A stretch of DNA of 64,000 nucleotides, taken from Geosiphon pyriformis uo1. Lineage: Eukaryota; Fungi; Glomeromycota. Below the pieces are notes generated by a model. That model saw only the letters and a program-made list of their open reading frames with translations. It searched no databases and was not told where the DNA came from. The stretch covers positions 128,880 to 192,879 of the forward strand of contig JAAOMT010000647.1 in assembly GCA_016748015.1 (NCBI GenBank), written 5' to 3'. Numbering within the stretch: position 1 is the stretch's first letter; each line of letters starts with the position of its first letter. Positions 14,581-25,919 of this stretch are shown piece by piece. The translations under genes were made by a program, and so were the position numbers.

Positions 14581-15495
14581 TTTCAAACTCAGTACTACAC
14601 TAACCACTTCACTAATTAAGTTTAAGAAAGAAGAAAAAAAACCTACCTGGGAAGCTTATTAAGTTTTTTGGGCTGACAATGATCACAATAAACTCTCATT
14701 GATTTCCTCATGGGATGACAAAAGAAAAAAAAAAAAAAAAAAAAAGAACATACCTGGGAAATTAACCAAATACTGTGGACTGACAACAAAAGCAAGTTAC
14801 TACCGAATTGGACTTGGGAAAAGAAAAAAAAAGAGAAAGAGAAAGAATCAAAACCAGTCACTACTTCAATATATATTTTATATATCTACCCTCTACCACC
14901 ACAGTCTTACTATTATTGATTAAAGCTTATATATGTCAATTGTGATAAGAAATTATTATCAATAGACATATGCTGTGGTGACAATAAAGAATACCAAATG
15001 GCAACTAAGTTTTATTGCCACTCATGTGTTCTTAAATGTTTTAGAAGACCAAAACAAGTTGAAAAATAGAATAATGAACCATGCTTGGCTTGTGAGAAAA
15101 CTTTTCTAGACAAAGAAATGTGGAATGACATTTCTGGGCAAAAAAGAACATGTGATGAATCATGTTAATACACAATTCTAATAAGTGATTGGGTTAGAAA
15201 AAAAACATCAATAGAAGCTGTCTAGAAAAGAGCTGTAAAATGTCTAGATGGTTGTTTACATAATGACAACAAAATTTGGCAAATGGCACTCACAAAAATC
15301 AAAGGAGCATTACCTAAAGAGATCAAAGTGATCAAAAACAACCCACCAGAACCCATAAAACTTGACTGGAGCCCAAACTCAGATATAGTTCTAAAACCAA
15401 TGAACCCAGAGCAATTTCACAAACACTATTAAGAATTAACACTAACTAGAAAAGTACAAAAACAATGTTTAGAGCAGTTAAACACTCAATACTGT

Positions 15496-16671
15496 TTGAT
15501 TTTCTGTGACTTTCAATATTGTAATGAGTGTGATCTTATTTACAATCCACTATTATGTATGATCTACATAATCTCAAAGAAAAATAAACCAATCAGCAGC
15601 TGTGCATCAGAATTGAAATCAATTTTTGATTCCAATTCAAACTCTGACAATGATGACAATGAAAATGCCAGTTCCAGCTCTGTTCAATATGGCAACCAAA
15701 ATAACAATAACTCAAACTCAGATTCAAACTCTAAACAATACATTGTGCTTCCTGATCTCATCAAAGAGCAAAAACTGAAATGGTTTAATAATAATAATAA
15801 AGATATTATGCCAGAACGTGCACATAATACTGATACAAAATTTGATCTGAGATATCCAGGGAAGAATGCCATTAAATTGAAACCAAATTTGTGCACTTGT
15901 ATTGATCTTAAAATAGCATTAAAAATTCTGGCAACAACAATAGTTCAACTAGCATTTAGGAATAGTTTAGCAAAAAAAGAAATCAACATTAGAGGAGGAA
16001 TAATTAATACAAGATATATAGAAAATATTATTGCAATACTACAAAATAACTCAGAAAAAGCATACATTATAGAGCCAAACAAAAAAATAGCACAAACAAT
16101 ATTTCTGCCTCTGATAAAAATAGCTCAGTTAATTTTAGTGAAAAATAAAGAAAAATTAGGGATCACAACAAGAAGAATAAGTGGATTTAGATTCATAAGT
16201 AGAATAGATGTACTAGTTAATATGGCAGAGGAAAAAGTTGTTGACAAAGGAGAAATTATCTTCACCTGTCAATTCATTTCCATTTCACTATATAATAGGT
16301 ATATGTTAGCATTAAAAAGAAAGATGAAAGATCAGTTACAGATTTTTGAAACAGAACCAACCATTTGCAAATCAGGAGAGATTGGACTTACCAATCTATA
16401 TATATCAGCCAAAAACCTGAAGCATGTCAAAATTTCCATCCACAACACCACTGAAGATGTCATTGAGATTCCAAAAAGAACTATCATCAGATATTTAAGC
16501 ACTGAAATCAAAAACCAGTCACCAGATACCATTTCAGACTTTTCACAACTTTGCAAATATGTAGATATTACATTACAAACCATATATAGACGAAATAAAT
16601 ACTATTTGCTTCAAGCAAAACAATTAAAACAAATGAACTTAGAAAATCTAAACTCATTTCAACAGATATAG
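15496..16671 (+). pseudogene. Longest open fragment: Cys motif, acidic linker, dUTPase (15808-16200) and a second beta-rich module
   Basis: CDFQYCNEC; AHNTDTKFDL, AFRNSLA, GGIINTRY, KIAQTIF, RRISGF; then IHNTTEDVIEIPKRTII. Confidence 0.9.
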
Positions 16672-16770
16672 CTAAAGATATTACTCAACAATTTTAATAA
16701 CATCATTGCTAGTGAAAACAAATTTGGCCATACTAATATTATCCAGTATTAGATCAAAACTGGAGATACA

Positions 16771-18032
16771 ATGCCAATCAAACAAAAAACATATAGAGTA
16801 CCACCAGCCAGCCATGAAATCATTTGTCAAGAAATCAATCAAATGTTAGACAACAGACTAATTCAGCCATCAATAAGTCTATGGTTATTACTACTAGTAA
16901 TAGTCTGGAAAAAAAATGGAAAAATTTGCTTTTGTATGGATTATAGAAAATTCAATGGAGTCACTTGTGAAGACAGCTATCCAACTTTACAGATCCAGGA
17001 GCTATTCAATGCTTTTGGTGAAAACAAATGGTTTTCAACATTAGATCTGGATAGTGATTACTAATAAGTAGCCATAAATTCAGCTAATAAAAAAAAATAG
17101 CATTTACCACAAGAAAAGAGAATTTTGAATTCAAAATCATGCCATTCAGCTTAATGAACACACCAGCCACATTCCAATGGCTAATGGAAATCATATACAC
17201 AAGATTACTATGGAAATCAGTAGTTGAATACTTGGATGATACTAATGTATTTTTAAAAACATTTAATAACTATTTTTATCATCTACAACAAATGTTCGAG
17301 AGACTCAGATATACAGGATTGAAATTGAATGCAATTAAGTATTTCTTTTGAAAAACAGAACTCAAGTTCTTGGAATATGTCATAAGCAAAGATAACATCA
17401 AAACAGATCCAGACAAAATTGAAACAGTCAAAAACTTTCTAGTACCAACCAACTCGACAGAACTAAGAGCATTCTTGGGATTTGCCAGATACTATTGCCA
17501 CTTTATCAAAGACTTTTCCAAACTGGCTCAACTATTATACCAGCTCTAAACAAAGAACACCAAATATGAATGGACAGAAAACCAGCAAGAAGCTTTTGAT
17601 ATACTAAGAAGAAAACTTATTCAAGCTCTAGTATTGATTTATTCAGATTACAGCAAGCCATTCATTATTACAACTAATGCATTAGGTCAAGCATTGAGAG
17701 CAGTATTATCTCAGAAAAGACTAGATGAAAGAGAACATCCAGTAGCATATGCCAGCCGAAGTTTGAGTTCAGCAAAAAAAAACTATGGAACACCAGCATT
17801 AAAATACTTAGCAATATACTGGACAGTTATAAAATAGAAGGAATACTTGAGCCAGAAATTTGACATCTACATGGACCATAAAGGATTGATTTCAATCCAG
17901 AAACAAAAATTTGGAGACAATTGTTATGCTTGATAGAAGATAGAACTTTTACCATTCAAATATACAATACATTATAAAAAGGGAAAAAAAACTAGAAATG
18001 CTGATGATTTGTTGTAAATGAAACAAATCTAA
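16771..18032 (+). pseudogene. pol: Reverse transcriptase and RNase H of copy C
   Basis: CMDYRK, FSTLDL, MPFSL, YLDD, TNALG, AYASRSL. Confidence 0.92.
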
Positions 18033-18062
18033 GAACATTTTAAACCAAAAATATAACAAAAA

Positions 18063-19437
18063 ATGAATACACAAAAACATCAACAACTTCAATATTATAT
18101 AAATACCCAATTGTTCAAGGAGAAATTATTTCAAAAAGAACAAAACAACATCAAACAACAGTCCAAATATTTTATCATCCACCAAAATATACTTTATCAG
18201 AAAAACAGAAAGAATCCAGATTGACCAACCAGAATAATCACAGAATCAGAAAAAGAAACGATATTATTCAACATGCACTCAGATCCAACAGCAGGACATT
18301 TTCATAAAGAAACAACAATAGAAAGAACCAGAGAAAATACTATTGGCTATCAATGTATCCAGACATCATTCAATACATTCAAAATTGTGATGCTTGTTAG
18401 AAAAGAGAAGGAACAAGATCCAGAAAACTATTAAGGTCAATCAAAGTGGGACAACCATTTGATTATATTGGAATTAATTTAGTTGGTTTATTAACAATTA
18501 CCAGCAGAGGCAACAGATATATTGTAATAGCCATAAATTATCTTACCAAATGGCCAGAAGCAAAAGCTATTCAAAGAACAGATGCAAAATCCATTGCTGA
18601 ATTTGTTCACCAAAATCTAATTTGTCGACATGAATGTCTAAAAAAATTACTATCAGATTAAAAAACTCACTTTGTAAATAAGACATTAGTAGAATTAAGT
18701 CAAAAATTTGGAATCAAAAGACTATTATTATCACCATACCATTCACAAACAAATAGCTTAGTTGAGAGATTCAATAGAACATTGTGTAAAGCAATTGCCA
18801 AAATCAGCCAAAAAAATCAAGATGAATAGAATTTGTTTATATCATCAGTATTATTTGCTTATTGGACAATGAAGTAAGACACTATACAAACAACACCATT
18901 TAAATTAGTATATGGTAGAACAGTAACACTATTAGTGAAAATATAAATCAATACATATCCAATAAAACCAATAACCAAAGACAATTTTCAAGAAACACTG
19001 CTGAAAAGAACATATAACTTAATGGAAACACTAGAAAACAAATGGCAGAGAACAGTTAATAACATTCAAAAGTTACAAGAAAAACAAAAAAAAAGACATA
19101 ATAACCAACTACCAGATAAACCAGTTGAATTCAAGATTGAAGACAAAGTACTTTTACATTGTACCAAAGCAGAAAAACAATGGAGTAGAAAATTTGACCC
19201 CAAATAGAATGAACCATTTTACATAGAAAATTTTTTAGAAAATAGAGCTTATAAATTAAGATAGAACAACAAAATCCTGGCCAAAGTAGTACATAGTGAT
19301 CAACTGAAACAATATTACCATACAATATCAGCATCTACCAATAATATTCCACAACTGGAAGTATAGTAAATACTAGTCTAACCAGATAAAATTTCACAAA
19401 ATTTGGAACCAATCATAATCATTAGACCAAACATGTA
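18063..19437 (+). pseudogene. Integrase of copy C
   Basis: ATG 18063 MNTQKHQQL...; HSDPTAGHF...CDAC; YLTKWPEAKA core. No chromodomain recognised. Confidence 0.9.
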
Positions 19438-19498
19438 AAATTGAACAATAAAAAAAGTATATAAAGACATAGTAAACGTGACAAAAAACTTCAGAAAA

Positions 19499-20137
19499 AT
19501 GGAAATTACTGACAACATCTACTTACTAACACAACAACTCTTTTAATTAATTCAACAATGGAATATAAAAATTACTATCAACCAACAAATCATTTGGTAC
19601 AGAGATACTAAGAAAATATCCCAATACAAGATACAGAGAAAACCGGAAAACACCATTGACAAAATAATTTTAAAAATAAAATTGGCAATAGAAGAGCCAA
19701 CAAGTATTACCACATATCAAAAACTGACCAAAAAAACATAGAAGTAATGGATACAAAAATTTCCAAGGAACTTTTGTTATTTCCACTTGGAACAACATTT
19801 GAATATTCAGAACTTATATACAAATAAAACAAAACAATTATTTGATCCAGAAATTTTACAATAACTCAAACAATTAATGGGAAAGAACAATCTAACCACA
19901 CAAACCTGAGCCATCTATCAATTACAAATTGGATTTCAAGACTAATCAGAAATCTTGCTCAATCTAGCAATGGACACCATTACTATTAACCAAATAAAAA
20001 AAATAACTAATGCCTAATTTGAAGAATTAAAAAACAAGATAACACAAGTAATTCTTGAAAAAGAAGTTTAAAAAATACTCAAAAACAGAAAATTAGAGTT
20101 AGAAAATTTAGGAAATCTCAATAAAGCTCAATATTAA
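19499..20137 (+). pseudogene. ORF3 of copy C (213 codons, in-frame stops only)
   Basis: Single frame from ATG 19499 (MEITDNIYLL) to TAA at the PPT. Internal stops are consistent with CAA/CGA/TGG transitions. Confidence 0.8.
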
Positions 20138-20150
20138 AAGGAGAAAATAA

Positions 20151-21002
20151 TGTTATTCATAGAATATAGGAAGTATATTAGCATATAAATTAACCAATAA
20201 GAAATAGATATAGTAAATATGGAATTCCAAAATTCCTCTTAAAAAAATCACAGGATTTCAAGAATTTTAGGATTTTTGTATAAAAAATTACAGAATTTCA
20301 GAATTCCAGAATTCCTCTTAAAGAAATTGCAGGATTTCAGGAATTTCAGGATTCTTGGTGTGAAGAATTGAGGAATTGAGGAATCTCAATTATGTATATA
20401 TAGTGGTAATATTAGAAGTAGAAAAGACAGATCTCTCAGTTTAGATTTTATTGAAACTACCTTTCCAAATTACAAATATTAATAAATAATTATTTGCTAT
20501 CACAATCTACCTTCTATTATCAACATTTCATGCTGATAATAATTCATACTTGACCACACTGGAACAATAGTTCTTGATTATGGCTATTGATAGAATACTA
20601 ACTTAATTATCTTGGCTTAACTTCTTTATTTTTCTTTTATTTTTCTTTTATTTTTTTTCTTTTATTGTTGTTGTATACTAATTGATTAAAGAAATAATAC
20701 ATAGAGTTATTGACATCAGGATATAGTACTAGTAAAAGACCCAGAAATAAGAGTAGAACACTTAATTGAAGATAGCTTACCAAGAGGATTACTGGCTATT
20801 ACATTAAGAAAAAAATTAATAAAACTGCAGTTTTGGAAAGCTATGGATAAAACAATTATTGAATCTCTGTTCATTATACAAAGAACTCAACCAAAATCTT
20901 CAGATTGATAAAACCTTTAGAAATCACCAACCATATTACTTATTGAGCACCAAATTATGGGTTTGTTATTTGATTCAAGACTCCAAATAATCATCTGTAA
21001 CA
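20151..21002 (+). repeat. 3' LTR of copy C
   Basis: Follows PPT AAAAGGAGAAAATAA; TGTTAT...CTGTAACA. Confidence 0.95.
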
Positions 21003-21317
21003 ATGGATTAAACAAAATGATTATTTGACACAACAATACTGCAACAAATAGAACAATTTGACTACACAAGTAAGAACTATTTATTGGCTACACACTGGAT
21101 TTCAAGATTAACCAGAAATCTTACTCAAAACAGAAATGAATACTATTACTGTTAACCAAATGGGAAAAATAACCAATGCCCAATTTGAAAAATTACAGAA
21201 CAAGATAACACAAGTAATTATCGAAAAAAAAGTTCAAAAAATACCCAAAAATAGAGAATTAAAGTTAGGAGATTTAGAAAATCTTGACAAAACTTAATAT
21301 TAAAAAGGAGGAAATAA

Positions 21318-21673
21318 TATTACTCATAAAATATAGGAAGTATATTAGCATATAAATTAGCCAATCAGAAGTAAACATAGTAAATGTGGAATTTCAGAAT
21401 TCCAGAAATTGCAGGATTCTCATATAAGAAATTGCAGGATTTCAGAATTCCAGAATTTTTCTCAAAAAAATTGCAGGATTTTAGAAATTCCAGAATTCTT
21501 GGTATGAAAAATTAAGGAATTAAGAAATCTCAATTATGTATATATAGCAGTAGTATTAAAAGTAAAAAAAAAACAGATCTCTCAGTTTAGATCTTATCTA
21601 AGCTATCTTTCCAAATTACAAATATCAATAAATAATTATTTGATATTGTAATCTACCTTCTATTATTAATACT
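21318..21673 (+). repeat. 5' part of the 3' LTR of copy B (truncated)
   Basis: Matches the first ~360 bp of family-1 LTRs, then switches sequence. Confidence 0.88.
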
Positions 21674-21920
21674 ACACATTTTAGTAAGCTTCCAGACAAG
21701 CAATTTCTGAAAAAAAGTTAATATTTACTACAATGTAACTACACAAAGTAACTGGCATGAAATTGGCTATTCCACTTATAAGCCCAGCAGTTCAAATTAT
21801 AGAAGATAATTTGAAGATAAATTCAGTTACTGGAGGTTTAACTACTTCCTAAAAATGTAAATTCACAGCAAACAAACATTAATAACATTCGAGAAAAAAG
21901 ACCAAAAACCTTTAGTAACA
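21671..21920 (+). repeat. 3' 250 bp of a family-3 LTR
   Basis: Aligns with ~45999-46249 and ends CCTTTAGTAACA. Confidence 0.88.
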
Positions 21921-22499
21921 CCAAAGATCTTTTAATTCCAATCTGATTTTCCTAAATTAACACCAACTAATGTAAGTTTTTTGATTATTGTAATAAGCTA
22001 TTATATATTATATTCTAATAAGTTGTTGAAATATTCAACAATCAAAATTCTTTTTACAATCTAGGAAACCAATTTTAAAACTAGATTATAATTTGGTCAA
22101 ATACACAATAGGTATTTTAGTTGTTATATTTTTTTTTGATATAATTCATCATTTAAATATTAAATTTAACCAGAAATTTTTATTACAGGGGATTTCATAT
22201 ATCTCTTAGATCTAAGCAATTCTTTAAAATACAAAATTATAGTCATTGAAAAATTATTTGTGAATTTAAAGTAAGTATTTACATTATAATAATGTAAGGT
22301 TATAAATAGAGTACAAATAATATTTCCAAATTCTCTGACAATTGCTCATAGTATTTTTACAATTACTTTAACACTTAGTGTGAACAATATTAATATTTGG
22401 GTTTTTGTTCTAATAATAACAACCAAATATAGTGGTAGTATAAATAAAATATTTATGGTTAATAATACCATGTTATTAACAGAAAACACATTAGCCAAG

Positions 22500-24260
22500 A
22501 TATTATATCTTTATAAAAAATTAATCATCTAAAAATTAAATTAATATTAATTGAAAGTTTTTCTAAAAATAATAATATTTTAATAATTTATCACATAATA
22601 ATATGACTTTAATAATTGCTGATTGGCTAAAATTTGATTGATTGGCATCTAAAAATTAAAGATTAATAATAAAAGTGGCTAATTTTAAACTTTAATAACT
22701 TTATAAATTATAATATAATTCAAAAAATTAAACTGTAAATGTGAAAAAAAAGAACTTAATCTATCATATTTACAGTTTAGTTTTTTAATATTATTAAAAT
22801 TGGAAGACTAAATACAATTTAAAATTATATAAATTGTTTAATAAATATAAATAGTTTATACTATATTAATAATATAAACTTAAATAATTATATTAAATTT
22901 ATTTTAAAATATATTAAAATTAGTTATTTTAATAAAAAAATTTTAACAATATTTTAAATTGTTAAAAAGTTTTTTATTATTAAATTAATTAACAAATATA
23001 ATTTAATTATTATTTAATATATAAAAACAGATTAAATATTTTTATTTGAATATAATTTAGGTATTTATTATATATAATTAATTATTTAAATTAAGATTAT
23101 ATTATATATTTATATACATAAATCAAAAAAAATAAACATTATTTATATAAATTAAAACTTATTACAAAAGTTTTAAATATATATATTATATTAAATAAAA
23201 ACTTATATAATAAATTATATAAACTATATAATATTATTTTAGTATTATTAATTAAACTACTTTTTTTTATAATAGCTTTATATTTGATTTAATACAATTA
23301 TATTTTGTCTTTGTAAATTATAATTAATTATTACATAAAATTAATCAAAACTAAAATAATATTCTTAATATTATCAAAAATTAAAACTGTTTTTACAAAT
23401 TAATTTTTGAAAATAAATTTTTTGTAAAAAACAATATGCAACTTATTATCAAAAATATAAAAGAAAAAAATTTGTAAAATTAAAAACAATAAAAGATAAA
23501 TATTTATTAGTAACTTTTAATAATTTGTAAATTTTTTTATTAAACTTATAAAGTTTTTAATATTTATTCTATAAATATAATTATGATTAAAAAATTTTAT
23601 TTTTTTATAATATAGATATATAACTTTTAGATTATATTTGTTATAAAAATATTTTTTAATCACAATTAACAACTGTTTATAAATTGTTTTTATTAAATAT
23701 ATATGTAAATTAGCTAAAAATTTGTTAATAAAATTAAATATTATATAAAAATTAAAATATTATATTAAAAAGTATAAGTTTAGTTAATATTTTTAATTAT
23801 TAAATTAATAATTATATTAATATTAGAACTAGTTTTTTATTAAACATAACATATTATTTTGTAAATATTATAAATAAAATACCAAATATTTACAAAAACA
23901 ACAATATTATTAGCCAAAAAAAATATTTTTTAAATTATTATAAAAAAAATAATAATAAGTAAATAGTTTTATTGGCCAAAATATTAATATTATTATTGCT
24001 TATAATACTTAAATGACTTTTTATTTTTGATTAAATAATTAAATTTTTTTAATATAAATAATGTTTATAATTTGTTTTTTTTCTATTTAACAATAATTAT
24101 ACAGATTTAATATTGTTAAAATAAGTTTAACAATATATATATATCAGAATAATTTAACTGTTAAAATAAATAATGATCATATTAAATGCTAATACATATT
24201 TAAAAATTAAAACAATAATTTATAATTTATTTAATATATTTTTTTATTATGAGATTTATG
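22500..24260. other. Extremely AT-rich low-complexity tract
   Basis: G/C very sparse by eye, no ORFs in the track, no resolvable repeat unit. Confidence 0.7.
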
Positions 24261-24374
24261 AGTAAAATTCAACTGTTATTTAATATATAAACCCAAACTA
24301 AGTGGCTCAAACTAAATACAGCTTATATTCATATTATATATATCCAGCCACTCAGACTAAACAAAACAATATTA

Positions 24375-24907
24375 TATGTTTATATTAACAAAAGCATTAC
24401 CACTCAAACCAGAAAAAAAATGTCATATTTTGTATCTGTTAAAACTAATAGCAAAGAATTCCATAACACCAAGCATATAAACCACCCTATCTAATAACAT
24501 AGATACTATACAACAAGACAAGCCTGAAACCAGATCATTATTTTTGACTCATTTAGTTTTTTTTATATCTATCTTATGTTTGAACCTAATAAGTCACATT
24601 TTAGTACAATATAACTCCACTAAAAACTTAACTTATTTAATAAGAACTGAAACAGTTTTCCTTTTTTTATCAAAAACCAAAACAGTTTCAGCATACTAAT
24701 TTCTTAGCACAAAACCTTTAGAAATAGCAGTGTACAGACCCATGTTCAAAGAATACATCAAAAACAAACACAAAATGGCAGAAGTAAGTAAGCAAAAAAA
24801 ACCTATTAGTGACTTTTACCTTTTAGCAGTCTTAACCAGAATGTCCTCATAAAGACCAACATTACTAGTATAAGTAAAAACATAGTTAGACAACTCCATC
24901 TTATTAC
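24375..24907 (-). mobile_element. Decayed 3' end of a probable non-LTR (LINE) ORF2, cut by the LTR of copy D
   Basis: Minus-strand translation MELSNYVFTY...LYTAISKGFVL...SGLSCCIVSMLLDRVVYMLG...FFSGLSGNAFVNI resembles the post-zinc-knuckle C-terminus of fungal LINE ORF2. Recognised from memory, not searched. Confidence 0.55.
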
Positions 24908-25627
24908 TGTTACAGGTGATTATTTGGAGTCTCAAATTAAATAACAAATCTGTAACTTAGTACTTAATAGTGGATATGGTTAATAATATCTGAAGATTTT
25001 AGTATTTGAAAGGTTTGGTTGAATTCTTTGTATAATGGACAAAAATTCAATATTTGTCTTCAGTAGTCTTCTGGAATCATAATTTCATTAATTTTTTTCT
25101 TAGCTTGGTGGCCAGCAATTCTCTGGTAAGTAATTTTTAATTTCAAGTGTTTTATTTTCTCACTTGGAGTTTTTTACTAAGCAATCTCTAACATCAGTAA
25201 TTTAGCACTTAATTCTTAATCAATTAGTATATAACAATAAACAGAAAATAAAAAAAATAAAATAAAATAAAAAAATTGAAGCCAAAGCAATTAATGTTAG
25301 TATTTTGTCAATAACTGTGATCAAAAACTATTGTTCTAATATGGTTAAGTATGGGTTACTATTAACATGAAGTGTTGATAGTGGACAATTAGATTGATAT
25401 AATTAATAAGTATATTTATTAATAATGTAAATATATGGATACTAACTAGGAAGTAAAACTCAGATGTTTGTCTTTTTTGCTTTTAATATTACCACTATAT
25501 ATACATAATTGAAATTCCTTAATTCCTCAATTCTTTACACCAGAAATTCTGGAATTTTCTATTTACTATGTCTACTTTAATTGGCTAATTTATATGTTAA
25601 TATAATTTTTATATTTTATGAGTAATA
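24908..25627 (-). repeat. 3' LTR of copy D with a collapsed U3 repeat array
   Basis: Family-1 LTR of 720 bp versus ~830-870 bp in other copies; PPT adjacent at 25628-25645. Confidence 0.92.
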
Positions 25628-25919
25628 TTATTTTCTTCTTTTAATATTGAGCTTTGTTAAAATCTTCTAATTTCTCTAATTCTCCAGATTGAATTATATC
25701 TTGAACTTTTTTTTTAAGAATTATTTGTGTTATTTTAACTTGTAATTCCTCAAATTGGGCATTGGTCATCTTACTCATTTGATTAGTGGTAACTGTATCT
25801 ATTTTTAAATTGAGTAGTATTTCTGGTCAGTCTTAAAATCCAGCTTGTAATCAATATATTTTTCGTATTTGTGTGGTTAAATTGTTTTTTCTCACAAATT
25901 GTTCTAGTTGTTATAGTAT

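Larger units (their letters stand above)
10957..21002 (+). mobile_element. Full-length (10,046 bp) decayed Gypsy family-1 copy C
   Basis: Paired LTRs, PBS, PPT, all coding domains and a TSD pair ACAG/ATGG. Confidence 0.96.
8854..21673 (+). mobile_element. Gypsy family-1 copy B, 3' part (8854-10956 and 21003-21673), interrupted by copy C
   Basis: RNase H tail, integrase fragments 9572-10342 and ORF3 that continues at 21003 after C; PPT 21301-21317; truncated 3' LTR. Confidence 0.9.

Noticed and set aside
15808-16200. Host cellular DUT1 gene
   Set aside because: In frame within pol and repeated at the same position in four element copies.
19200-19440. Chromodomain at the integrase C-terminus
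   Set aside because: Only a GPF-like module and a short tail are seen; no aromatic-cage motif.
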